DNA of 64,000 nucleotides, from contig NC_068990.1 in assembly GCF_001194135.2 (NCBI RefSeq), positions 16,668,588 to 16,732,587 of the forward strand, in the 5' to 3' direction. Position 1 is the first letter of the stretch. Each line of letters begins with the position of its first letter. The notes under the pieces are model-generated. The model was not told where the DNA came from. It searched no databases and saw only the letters and a list, made by a program, of their open reading frames with translations. Below are positions 36,602 to 49,398 of the stretch, piece after piece. This stretch comes from Octopus bimaculoides. Lineage: Eukaryota. A program made the position numbers and the translations under genes.

Positions 36602-38583
36602 GTGAGTGTATTGTTCATTGTTTCCTATATATTGGAAGAGACAGATTTCATCTAGGTATGTGGATGCAAGTACATACCATTGACAAGGCGCAAGAAAGCC
36701 AAAATACATCAGGCATTTTTGCTGACTGCTGTCAGGATGATCATTCATCTCCCTTTGATATATATATATTAGATGACAGTTCTATTAATCCTGTTTTAGG
36801 CTAATTTGCAAAAATAATATCATACTCAATTCTGGTTATAACAAAGATTAGTCTATATCCACCTACCTACACATGCATGCATGCACATATGTCTTTGGAG
36901 CTGGTCATGTTTTTTTTTTCATGTCCATAAAACTTAAATTAACACAAGAAGTCAACTCAATAAAAACAGCTCCAACTATTTGTGTCAAGTGCTGCTTCTG
37001 TTCATTTGTTCACTCACTTGTATACATATTTGTGTGTGTATATGTGTGTACAGTGGGCTTCTTTCCATTTCCAAATCCACTCACAAGGCTTTGATCAACC
37101 CAGAACTATAACAGGAGACACTTGCCCAAGATGCCAAACAGTGGAACTGAACCTAAGACCTCAACCTCCTCAACCACACATCCATGCTTCTGCCTGTGGT
37201 ATTTCTGCTCTTTTTCACTTGGTCTCAACACAAGGTACACTTCCAGCTGAATGATACCCTAGTTGCCCATATCTTATTCTGGTTGGCAGGTCATGTTTGT
37301 TAAATACACCATTTACTATAACACATGGATGATGATTCAATTGACTTGTATCAACACAAATATAGACATAATAATATTTATTCTACAAACACACACACAT
37401 GTGTAGGTTTACCTTTTATTAATGTGCTTATATTGAAAACTTTCTAATTGTCTATGCATGAATTGTTGTCCAAACACTCATGTTTGTTTTCTGTTTTAAC
37501 TGTAGGAATTACTCTCTAATTCAAATATGTACTCAACGACCTTTCTAAGAACACATGCTGTTTGACTTTTCTTTAACTTTAGTGCCACTAGGACCAGAAA
37601 ATGTCGTCTTCTGGTGACACAGAAAATTAATTAAAACTGATATTGTATATAATTATATTGTGATCTCAGAGCATACCTTAATTTTCAATACTGGTTACCT
37701 CAACTCCAACATACAAACACACACATATAGGTAGGTAGGTCAGTAGGTAGGCAGGTAGGTAAGTCAGTCGGTAGGCAGGTAGGTTGGTAGGTACTTAGAT
37801 AGATGAATAAGTAGATAGATTGATAAATAGATAGATAGGTATAGATGTGTGTGTGTGTGTGTGTGTGAAGAGAAGTAACATAGTGGTTAGTGTTGTGCTT
37901 ATGATCACAAGATCATGGTTTTGATTCCCAGACCAGGCAGTGTATTGTGTTCTTGAGGAAAGCACTTCATTTCACATAGCGTTGTGATCACTTCAACATC
38001 TGGCATGTGGCACACTGTGCACCCGTGTACAGGCAATTTCAATTCCATAGAGGGAGTGAGCTAATGTACAATAAAACCATTTGATCATTATAAAAACAAA
38101 TCATCTGTGCAGGTTGTTCAGCAAGAAATTGTGGGACCCTCATCTGTTGCTTACAACAAAATAGTGTACCATGTATGTGCATCCATGGCATGTTGGACAA
38201 GTGTCTTCGACAATAGCCCTGGGTCGACGATGCCTTGTGTGTGAATTTGGTAGATGGAAACTGTATGGATGTGTGTGTGTGTGTGTGTGTCTCTGTGTGT
38301 GTGTGTGTATGTGTGAGAGAGAGAGCTTGTGTGTTTGTGTGTGTGTGTGAGCCTGTGTTTGTTTCGCTGCCCCATCATTTGCCAACCAGTGTTGTTTTGT
38401 TTATCTTCTTATAGCTTAGTTGTTCAGCAGAAGACAATGATAGAATAAGTGCCAGACATAAGTACTGAGGTAGATCTGTTTGACTAAAACCTTTCAAGAA
38501 TGTGTCCCAGTATGGCTACAGTTAAATGATTGAAGGAAATAAAAGATTTTTAAAAAATGATATATAGAGGATATATATATATA

Positions 38584-38800
38584 TGTGGAGGTGCTGAAAA
38601 GTTCCTGGTTTTGGGTGAAAGAAAATACATGACGATCAGTTAATTATGATTTTATTCAACATATTCCCCGCTCAGATTCACACACTTATTGCAGCAGTCC
38701 TTCAGTTTCTGTAAGCCCTGTAAAAGAACTTGGAAGACTGGGCCTTCAGTCAAGCCTTTCGCTATACCCTTAAAGCCTGAAACTTTTCAGCACCCCCTCG
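38584..38800. mobile_element. mariner-type MITE
   Basis: TIRs ..GGTGCTGAAAAGTTCCTGG / GCCTGAAACTTTTCAGCACCCCCTCG with TA flanks. Confidence 0.85.
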
Positions 38801-40839
38801 TATGTGTGTGTGTGTGTGTATTATATAATATATAAAAAAAGAGGAGAGGTGGAGAGAGACATACACTCACCATGCATATATGTTGCACACATTAATAAAA
38901 GCAACATTGTGTCTAGTGTCTATTAGCAGACATCCACCTTCTCCACATCCACTGCCATTAAGTCACCCTGCTTAAAAAAAGAATAAACGTTTTTCATGTA
39001 TCTAAACATAATCTATTTAAGACAGAAGATTTTACCAAAACAATTAGTATCAATTTAAACAGAAATAACATCGTCTAACGTTTCAACATCGGTCTGCATT
39101 TCTGTAAAGAGCTTATTTTAACTGATAAACTCTGCAGTTAACGTCCCAACAACTGTTTGTGATAATCTAATACTACCTAGGAAGTATCGTATTTATTACA
39201 ATATATTCACCTCTATTAACCCTGCCTTTTATCGTCATCTCACCACCCTATTAAGGGTTTCGTTAAGAAAACAAGTGGTGCCCGTCAATTCAGAAAGATC
39301 CCCCTATTAACTATGTTTTTGGTGTGTTAAGGACGCCAACCTCCTTAGATTTCTATCCACACATTACATTGCATTAAGTCAGTCAAAAAAACCTGTTATG
39401 CTACGGTATCACGTCATCATCATCACGTTCACTTTTCCATGCTTGTACGGGTCAGACGGAGTTCAGTGAGGCAGATTTTCTGTGACCAGATGCCTTTCTT
39501 GTCATCAACTCTTACCTGTTTACAATCAAGATATTTCCCCATGAAGGACATTATTTGAATGATGGTGACACTAGTTTACAACTACCATGCAGTATCAAGA
39601 CAAGGGGACACACACACACTCTCTCTCAGCGAGCTTCTTTTAGTTTCTATCTAACAAAATCCATTCGCAAGGTTTTGGTCAGTCCAGGGCTATAGTTGAA
39701 GACATTTGCTCAAGGTGCCACACGGCGGGACTAAATCCCAAACTCTGTGTCTGGGAAGCCATGCCTGCACCTGTCAATACCAATTGTTTACGATAATTTT
39801 CCATTTTCAATTTTCAATCATAGACAACCAAAATGCCAGATCTCTCTCCCTCCGCTCGCCATGTATGTATGTGTGTGTGTAATGTGATACATTAATATAA
39901 CATGGATGGAGATGGAGACAGCCAGTCTTATCAAATCCAGAGCTTATCATAGAGGGAAAAGACTTCCATTTCAAGTTATATATTTGATAGTTTAAGCTGC
40001 ACTCCACTTTTGCCAGGCCTGTTCTGAGGAAAATATAAAATGCAGCTAAACCCTGACTTCTTCGTTGAATGTTTCAGCCTACACAAAGCCTGACCGTGAG
40101 CATATAAGGCTCAGGGTGATTTTAGGGATGTTTTTTTGGTGGGGAAAAAAAGCGCGCTTTTTATACCCGAAAATACGATAATTCACTTTGCTTACACAAC
40201 TAAATGCTCGTGAATAAAACGTATTAATGTCACGTAATCCGTTTCTCCCCTCTCTACACTTCTTACAAATCTGTGTATTTGTGTTTATATGAGAAGTGAA
40301 TATTTAAGATACCAGTGACGGACGGCAATTAATGAAAGAAAGAAAAAAGGAAAAGAAAATAAAGAACCCTCATAAATCAGATCTGGTTTACTTTAAACAT
40401 TATAAATCAGTTAACGCCTACAGTAATAAACTGGCCAGTGAAATTTATACCTTTGTAATATCATTGTATCAGTCAGTGTATTTGTTTGCCTGGAGCAAAG
40501 TTTTGTGTATAGTGGGTGTGTGTGTGTGGCTGATACTATTGTTCTGTAAATTAAGTTCTGTAGTTTTATTTATTTGTCTGCTTATCTAAGAAACAAATCT
40601 TCAGTCAAGTCCCTCTATTCATGCAAAAAAAAACTTGGTCTTTTCAATATCGTTTACATCATCATCAAACCCACCACCTCTCTCTATTTCTCATCATCAT
40701 CATCGCCATCATTTTGTCATTGTCTTCGCCGTCATCTTCATCGTCATATTCGCCTCCAAAACTATCATCTTCATTGTTTTTGCTATGATCATTTTTTTTA
40801 AACATTTATTTTTCAACGTTCACATGACCTACATAAGTC

Positions 40840-41060
40840 TTCCGATACATATTTTCACTTGCTTGTCTCACTGCCTCTTGCTATTTCTTCTATGAAACCC
40901 AGCGTCATGAGATCTAACCTCATCAATTTCCATGGCCCTGTAATCTCTTCGGTCACTTTCTGCTATCATCCATTCATATCAAATCTCCAGGCCTGTAGAG
41001 TTGTCTTTCCTGCACACTTAAGCTACTTTCTCAGCTTATCCTGGTATACTCCTCCATGAA
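40840..41060 (-). mobile_element. RTE-type LINE 3' fragment
   Basis: Minus peptide W.LMRLDLMTLGFIEE resembles the RTE C-terminal W...V..DL..LGL.E motif. Confidence 0.45.
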
Positions 41061-41383
41061 CCAACAAGCGGAGCTTCTATGTGATTATTAGATCTGCTGG
41101 AAATAGCAGTCAAATATCCTCCAAATCATCTCCTACAGTCTTGAAAGCAAAGATGCCCTTTCTATTGCCAACCATTTTGTCATGTGTACTGGGTGTGTTT
41201 TCTCATGCCACCAATATTAGAGAGTTTGGATAAAGGGACTGCAGTACTCTACATATTCTCTGCTTATTTGCCAACCACATTACAGTGTGTGCTGAGTGCA
41301 TTTTTGTGGTTACTAACTCTAGAGAGATTGTCTCACTCACCGGTTACTGTTGCAGAAGATAGATTTTATAGGCATTCTCCTGT

Positions 41384-41456
41384 GGCCCTAGTACAGAAGG
41401 GTGGCCCCAGTACAGAAGGGTGGCCCCAGTACAGAAGGGTGGCCCCAGTACAGAAG
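41384..41456. repeat. 19-bp tandem repeat x~4 (CCCAGTACAGAAGGGTGGC)
   Basis: Directly visible; near-perfect copies. Confidence 0.95.
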
Positions 41457-41836
41457 TCTAGTTGTTTACATCTCTGGATGGCCTTTGGCAACTCTGGTGC
41501 CCAGTTTTGCAGTGGAAGGGGCTGAAACACCTAAAGAGTTACTTCACTGCTTAATGAAACATCAACTCCTACATTTGAAGATGAAACATAACATTTTCAG
41601 GATATAAATGTCAACCTCTTATATATATATATATTGATATGTCTTGGGAGGGTCATTATGCCAATAATAATAACATATGCATTGGCTCTATATCACTTCT
41701 TTATTGTTAGTCAATTGGTTAAATATCTAACCAACTAATTGATCATTTGTTTAATGTGTTGGTTAAACAATCAATGAATTACATTATTTACATTATCTAC
41801 ATTTGACGGATATTCGTCCTCATCTTGTTTGTTGTT

Positions 41837-41882
41837 AACACAACGTTTCGGCTGATATACCCTCCAGCCTTCGTCAGGTGTC
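41837..41882 (-). ncRNA. Minimal type I hammerhead ribozyme in the PLE terminal repeat
   Basis: GACAC-CUGACGA-A-GGCUG-GAGGGUAUAU-CAGCC-GAAAC-GUU-GUGUU; all three stems pair. Confidence 0.75.
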
Positions 41883-41967
41883 TTGGGGAAATTTCGAACC
41901 TGGGTTCTCATTCCTATCGATGTTACTATTATTATTATTATTATATTATTATTATTATTATTAATCA

Positions 41968-42040
41968 GGTCGCTGCCGTGAATCGAACTCGGAACCTTGG
42001 GGTTAGTAGCCCGCGCTCTTAACCACTACGCCATATGCCC
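41968..42040 (-). promoter_or_regulatory. tRNA-derived Pol III promoter segment inside the PLE 3' region (not a functional tRNA)
   Basis: A box TGGCGTAGTGG, B box GAGTTCGATTC, T-arm pairs; acceptor stem does not pair. Confidence 0.7.
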
Positions 42041-42861
42041 GTGGGCAATTATGGGGTGAATTTTTAAGGCTTATAAATCTATTATTTTTCTATCCTTCCT
42101 CAATACCGGTTCCCATATGCTATTCATATCTGCACTCGGTCTGCTTNNNNNNNNNNNNNNNNNNNNNNNNNNNNNNNNNNNNNNNNNNNNNNNNNNNNNN
42201 NNNNNNNNNNNNNNNNNNNNNNNNNNNNNNNNNNNNNNNNNNNNNNNNNNNNNNNNNNNNNNNNNNNNNNNNNNNNNNNNNNNNNATCCCACAGGGGGAG
42301 GTGGTTTCCATTTTTCCATACATGATCAGCTATACCCAATTTATCGATATCTCCTCGTGTCACAGCTTTGCGATGTTCTTCTACCCTTATTTTGAGGGGG
42401 CGACATGTTTCGCCTTTGTATAACCTACCACAGCTGCATGGGATGGAGTACACGCAGTTTTTGGTCATATTCTCTTCTGTTGGTGGTTTTACCCGAAGGA
42501 GATATTTGCGAAGTGTTGTATTGCTCTTGAATACAACAAACAAGATGAGGACGAATATCCGTCAAATGTAGATAATGTAAATAATGTAAATAATTCCTCA
42601 TCTCTTAAATATAGAACAGAATCAATGAATTGTTTGACAGTCAAAGCTTTTACATCATTATTTGCAACCTTCTCAGTGATTTGCCCTCTCTCTTCAAGGT
42701 CTGCTCTGAGTCTGTTTGAGAGGTGATCTTATACCTGTGTCTATGTACGCTTGTATATATGTATGCTTATAAAAGGAGGTAAGGGTGAGAGTAAAAGAAG
42801 AGTTTGTATGTGTGTGTATACCCATGTGACTGTATGTATGTGTGTGAGTGTGTGTGTATTA

Positions 42862-42899
<38 letters not shown>

Positions 42900-44847
42900 G
42901 TGGGATTACTGATGGTGGTAGAAGCTGTGAATAACTGGTTTTGACAGGGAATGGAGGACATTTGGGAAATAAAAATTACTTAGAATGTAGTGAGGGTTGG
43001 GGTTGAGCGGTTGAGGGCAATTAATAGTAATAGCAATGGTGGGTAATGTGTGTGTGTGTGTGTATGTGTGTGTACGGGTTGGGATTTGGAAATGTTTAAG
43101 AAAATTGATGGAGTTGGAGGGAGAGAGAAAGACAGAATGGTTGGATGGGTGAAAGAAGATATAATTTGGTGCTTTAAAAACTGTTGCCATTTTAGAAGAT
43201 GTTAGAAAATGCTCCAAGACATGTCACCTTCACTGGCACATCTCATCCTTACCTATATTACCCCATCACCCTGACATTTCAAACAGTAATCTAACCTTCC
43301 ACCCTGTTACTGGTTAATAGATTTTTTTTGTCAAGGGGAGATGACAACGTATAGGGAGGGGGGAGGTGAATTACTGTTATATTAAGGTCACATGATGTCT
43401 TTGGCAGTGGTCCAAAAAGTCTTCTTAGCATTTAGCAATGATATTTTAATACTTTGGAATATGGGTGTTCAGAGAATGTGTGCATGTCTAGACATTTATG
43501 TGTGTGTGTGTGTTTGTAAATTTATGTAAGGGTGTGTATGTATAAGTGCATGTATGTATTAGTGTATGTATGTGTTTATATATCAGTACTTGTTTGGATG
43601 TATGAGTGCATATGTATTTATGTATGAGTGTGCGTGCTTCTGTAGTGTGAATGTGCTTTAGTAATGTGTATGTGTGTGTACATTTATATGAGTGTGTAGA
43701 TGTGATTTCTGCATATGTATTTATAAGTATTCATGAGTGTGTGTATGTGTGTGTGTGTGTGTGTTATTGTTGTCCAGGTCAACTCTGGTTTAATGTCAAA
43801 AATCTTTTAACTGCAAGGACTACATTATCCAATGCACCTTTTCTTCTTTTTTTAAGACTGTAGTCTGTATTTTGATTGAGATTTGGTTGCTATTTCTGGC
43901 AGATTGAAGCTCCCTTGTTACATTTTTTTTTTTTGGTATAGTCATATATGTATGTTCGTATGTACATATGTGTGCATGTATGTCTGTAAGTATGCATGTA
44001 TGTATGAATGCATGTATGTTTATATGTATGTATATATGAATGTATGTATATGTGTAATGGTGAGGGTGGATAGCCTAGTGGTTAGGGTGTTGAATTCATG
44101 ATCAGGAAATCACAGTTTCAATTCCTAAACCAAGTGATGTATTGTATTCTTGTGTAAAACACTTCGTCTCGCATACCTCTGTGATTACTTCCACATCTGA
44201 TGTATGATAGTCTGTGCACCTGTTCAGGTAATGTCAATTTGATGGCAGGTACAGAACAAACATTTGATCAATATAAACAAATCATTTGTGCAGGTTGTTA
44301 CTGCAAGAAATTGCAGAACCATTTTTCTTGGTCTACAAGTGACCATCATCATGTACATATAAGTATTTATATATAGTATTTATACCCTTGCTCTTGGGTA
44401 CCTTTAATAGAGGCAACTGTTTTACAAGCATTCAGGTGAGGCTTCCAATCTGAAGAGGATACCTCCCCTCACCCCACTTGAAAAAACTATAGGTACTGCC
44501 CCTTTCACTGTAACCCTTCAAAAGCCAGTCATCACCCATGTATGAGTATGATCTGGTAGCATGCACCATACTTTTGCTAATTGTCTTAGGTGTCTGTAGT
44601 TGTGAGGGGACATAAACATTTTCTTGACTCTGCCATGCTTTGACCCAGCAGCATATCCAGGATGCGACATCTGGGGAGAGAGAGAGAGAGATGTGCCAGA
44701 ACTCAGTTGCAACTCATTTTCAGTTGAGTTGACTGGAGCAATGTGGAATGAAGTTCCTACAGTTCTATATTTAAGAGATGAGGAATTATGTACATTATTT
44801 ACATTATTTACATTTGACGGATATTTGTCCTCATCTTGTTTGTTGTT

Positions 44848-44893
44848 AACACAACGTTTCAGCTGATATACCCTCCAGCCTTCATCAGGTGTC
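44848..44893 (-). ncRNA. Hammerhead ribozyme, left arm of foldback
   Basis: GACAC-CUGAUGA-A-GGCUG..CAGCU-GAAAC-GUU-GUGUU on the minus strand. Confidence 0.7.
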
Positions 44894-45036
44894 TTGGGGA
44901 AATTTCAAACTGGGGTTCTCATTCCTAAGGTATTTTTCGATGTTATCATAATAATAATTATAATAATAATAATAATAATAATAATAACATCGAAAAATAC
45001 CTTAGGAATGAGAACCCAGGTTCGAAATTTCCCCAA

Positions 45037-45082
45037 GACACCTGATGAAGGCTGGAGGGTATATCAGCTGAAACGTTGTGTT
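45037..45082 (+). ncRNA. Hammerhead ribozyme, right arm of foldback
   Basis: Identical fold on the plus strand. Confidence 0.7.
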
Positions 45083-46429
45083 AACAACAAACAAGATGAG
45101 GACAAATATCCATCAAATGTAAATAATGTAAATAATGTATGAAGTACCTTGTTCAGAGACACAACACACAGCCTGTGGGTTCAGGAATTGAACCAACAAC
45201 ATTATAATCATGAATTGAATGCTCTACCATAAGGCCATGTTCCTTCACATCCCTCCAACACCTCCAAATAACTGGAGGGTCTTCATTATATTGTTGTTGT
45301 TATTGTTTAATCATCAATCATTTTAGCTTTTATGATTGTGAAAACAACATCCTAATCACTTGGACGCACAAAAGATATTGGTTTAAGATCCCTTCTATCC
45401 AAAGGGATTTTCAACCAATATTTACTTGATATTATTTATTGTTTTATTTGCTTTGAGATTTAGCATTTCTATAAAAGAATTCACATTCTTAAAGTTTCAA
45501 CAACATGCACACACAGACACACACACGTGTGTGTGTGGATGTGTTGTAAAAACATTAAAAAGCTGTTAAGTTAATTATATACATCTAGAATTATATTTAT
45601 ATAAATTAAGTATAATAATGTAAATACATTCTCTCTCTACCCTTGATTTATGGAAAAATCAGGAGGCATGGAGGGGTTGGGGAGGCTCCTGAAGATCCAT
45701 TTCATGTTTAGTTGATATCAAAGAAGACCTACTCTCCCTCCCAAACCATTACGTTACCTCCATTTCTTCCACAAGTCAAGGACATTGTTGTACATAATTA
45801 ATTTATATAACTGTAATTATGATTATGTTTAAATTATTTCATTGTGAAGGCTTTCTAATGTTTAGATTTAATTCAGCATGACTGATTTATGTTCTCTTAT
45901 ATATATTTGTGTGTGTGTGTGAATAGATATATACACACTTGCTCATATTCACACATGCATATACTTATGCACCTACACTTGCAATCAGATACATTAAATG
46001 TGTTAAATATAGTTTGGGTTGCCTTTTTGTAAACTGCTTTTGTACAATATTATCCTCTTCAGATTTGGTAGTAACAGAATATTTATTTGAACCTTTATAA
46101 TATTGGTCTGTCATCTTCTCTAGAGCTGGCCTTTAAGTTACTATAAGAAAACTAAATCTTTTCTTGATGAGATCATTAGAAATTCCTTATAGGTTATAAA
46201 TATTGTGAAGAGGCGAGGTCACAAAGTACATAGAAATAAGCAAAATATATGAAGCTCTAAGTTAACAAATTTGTCCTCTTTACTACCCAATAGACAACTG
46301 TCTTTTTTTTTCTTTCATATTTTATGTGAGATTCTTTCATTATTAACAGACAAAAGAAATAATCACATTTCTTTGAATACCAATGTTAATTCAGGCAAAA
46401 ATTGTCTGAGTTTCTGAGTGGAAGAATTA

Positions 46430-46850
46430 TTGTCATTATATACTAATATATTTTTACTATTACCATTGAATTAGCATTGTTGTACGTAAGAATTAGTGTC
46501 CTGATCTTGGTTGTTGTAGTCACAGTGTTGCCACCATTATACTCTTCAGTCTTCTTCAAGAATTATCATTATTGTTTACTGATATGGTTGTATTAGTGTC
46601 TTCATCTTGGTTGTTATAGTCAGTGTTTAGCTACTGTCAGGAACTATTATTATTATTACTATTATTATTATCATTGTGATACACTGATATGTTATTTACT
46701 ACTGTCCTCATCTTGATTGTTATAGTTACATTGTTTTGGCCATTGTACCCTCCAGCCATCTTCAGAAATCATCATTATTATATACTAATTTTGTTGTAGT
46801 AATATCCTCATCTTTGTTGCTTTAGTTACAATATTTTGACATTAGTCTGA
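46430..46850 (-). repeat. Decayed ~100-bp tandem array of PLE terminal-repeat-like units
   Basis: ATCTT(G/T) anchors at 46504, 46604, 46710 and 46810; the third unit aligns with the 41815-41880 terminal repeat. Confidence 0.65.
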
Positions 46851-48214
46851 TTAGAACAGTAACTTTACCTCATATATAGCCACCACTCTCTCTGCGGCAA
46901 GTAATTTTTTAATGGCAATCAACTGGTTGGCTGCAATTTTTCTGTGGAGTATTTAATTTTACTGAATTGTGACAAGAGGTTATTGAAAAAATGTTAGTAA
47001 AAGAGAAGAGGTAATGATTAAAAAAAAGGGTTTGAGAAGTACTGATCTAAGATACATAATAAACAGGTCTTGGAGAGATATTTTAGCAAAAAAAAAAAAA
47101 AGCAAACTGCTTCAAACTTCCTTGATGCAGGGAAATGTTCCAGGAATTGAATCCATGATCTTGCAATCGCAAGTGCAACACCTTGATCACTAGGCTATGT
47201 GCTCTCAATATAAATATAATCATTATCAGCACCCTTTAACATCTGTTTACCATGCATGTATACATCTTGCCTTGTTGACCTGTCTATTCTCGGCATTTGA
47301 TTTTTTTATTTGATGAATTACATTTACTTCTGCATGTCTCTCAGTTCCTATAGAATTAAATGTAATTCTCCATGGAACTGAGAAGTCAACATGAAATTTT
47401 GCTGGAAGGTTTTAATTCAGATCTCTTTAAAGCAGGAAGTTTGTGCCATAGAATCAGGGAGGTTAGTATCAAAAGGGTTAAGTGATATCCCACTGTCATT
47501 GAATGATGTAGTCTGGTATTCACTGTGTTTAAACGAAAAATGACTGGATGGTCATATCTGGGATGTTTTTGAACATAGGTTTGCTTAACTTGTTTCATTA
47601 CCATGAAATAGTCTTTCTTTCAATAAATTTTGAAAATAACAAAGAATTCATTAAAATAACTTTTTTCATTATTTAAGCAGGTATTTGGAATATAAATTAA
47701 CGTGAAATTCTGATGGAAGGAAGTTTTCATTTAAATCACTTTCAAACAGGAAGTCTGTATCATGTAACCAGGGGTGATCCCAGGTGGTTCGATAATTGGA
47801 TGATGTAATCTGGGATTTACTGGGATTAAATACCTTTGTTTCAGTCCATGTAGTCATCAAAGAACAATGTTGAGTCAGGTTGGATTCCTACCTGAAATAG
47901 ATTTAAGAGATTAACTAACAATTGATATATATAATTGGAATAACTACATTGTTGTTGTTGTTGTTGGTCATGGTGGTGGTGGAGGTACCAAACTGTAATT
48001 ATGCCATAAATTATGAAACTAATATAAATGAATAAATAAATAACATGAATGTTTGGTATAAAGTTACCAGTGATGTATGTGTAAGCATTATAGACATTGA
48101 ATTATAAACCTGAAATCATAAGTTCTTTGCATTGACATGAAAATAAATGCAGCTAACTAAAGAGTGACTCATCTGCTATCAAGTCTTATAAACCGTCTTA
48201 TGGTAGGAGTAATG

Positions 48215-48251
<37 letters not shown>

Positions 48252-48256
48252 ACACA

Positions 48257-48293
<37 letters not shown>

Positions 48294-48504
48294 ACACACA
48301 CAAACACACACACACTCTCTCTCTCTTTCATACACACACACACACACTCATACACTAGAGTAACATTTCAAATCTTTCCCAGAGAACATTACATGGGTGT
48401 CAATAATATCCACTTAGTGGTTATACAAAGTTTTTTTTATTATTTTTATTTACTTTTGGATAGTATTATTATTTATATTTTTCTTTCTTACCTTTTATTC
48501 ACAG

Positions 48505-48558
48505 AGAAAGTTTATAGTATATGTTTTTTTAATTTTCACATGGATTTCAAGGTTTATG
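48505..48558 (+). CDS. Candidate 54-nt exon, product unknown
   Basis: Long pyrimidine tract + CACAG acceptor; ATG|GTATGT donor; open in phases 0 and 1. Confidence 0.25.
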
Positions 48559-49398
48559 GTATGTTTAATAGTTAAACCTGCTTACAAAGAAGGAAGTTTT
48601 ACAGGCTGTTACTTTTTAAGGTCACTCATTGCATAGGATTTTGCTATTGGTTTTTGATTTTTTCTTTGAATATTCACTTAATGTTCTTTATATTTATTTT
48701 ATAACTTTATTTGTATTATGCATTTATAACAATAACAGAAGTGTGTATATGTATGTATGTATGTATGTATATATATATATATATATATACATACACACAC
48801 ATAATGCATTTTTTACATAATTGCTTAAGGCTGACCTGACAAAATGAATATAGGTGAAGTTGCAATTAAATTACATCTATTATGCTTTTTTAAGATTATT
48901 TTGTTTTATTTTTATTACTATTTTATTTTTTTAATTTATATATTTATACATTAAAAATAACTAGTTTGCACTTAATAAACCTTGGCTATGTAACTCAATC
49001 ATCTGACTTTTATATTTACCTTATATTTTGGGTCAGTATATTTCTTGATTACCTTCTCTCTTGTATTTCTGCAAATCTTGGACACAAGATAGAATGAATC
49101 AATGAAACAAACCTTGATATGGTTGCTCGACCTGCTAGAAATAGCAGCCAAGTTTGTATCCGTTTTATTTTTAATGGCTTGATCTGGAGGAAGACGTTGT
49201 GGCTCTGGCCTTTGCAGGCACTTAGTTGTACTGTACCATCATGAAAATGAAGAACACATTTGATAATAAATAGAAACATTATTATTTCTAAATCTCTCAA
49301 AGAGAGATATTCAGTAACTGTTCTTTGACGTAAAGACTATTTGCCAACATAATGTGGCTGTCCTGGAAGGGATGATTGTTACTGTTGTTTAACTCCAG

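Larger units (their letters stand above)
41781..42619 (-). mobile_element. 5'-truncated Penelope-like retroelement with GIY-YIG endonuclease, terminal repeat and inverted partial repeat
   Basis: ORF piece NCVYSIPCSCGRLYKGETCRPLKIRVEEH...IADHVW (GIY-YIG). 42530-42617 includes an inverted copy of 41781-41836. 12-bp TSD AATCAATGAATT at 41769-41780 and 42620-42631. Confidence 0.92.
44758..45138. mobile_element. Foldback of two inverted PLE terminal repeats around an (AAT)n spacer, inserted in a SINE
   Basis: ~44790-44945 is the reverse complement of ~44985-45138. Flanks ATGAAGTTCC / ATGAAGTACC; host SINE resumes on both sides. Confidence 0.9.

Noticed and set aside
41968-42040. Functional tRNA gene (ACT anticodon)
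   Set aside because: Acceptor stem and outer anticodon stem do not pair; treated as tRNA-derived, like the heads at 3600-3674 and 20156-20225.
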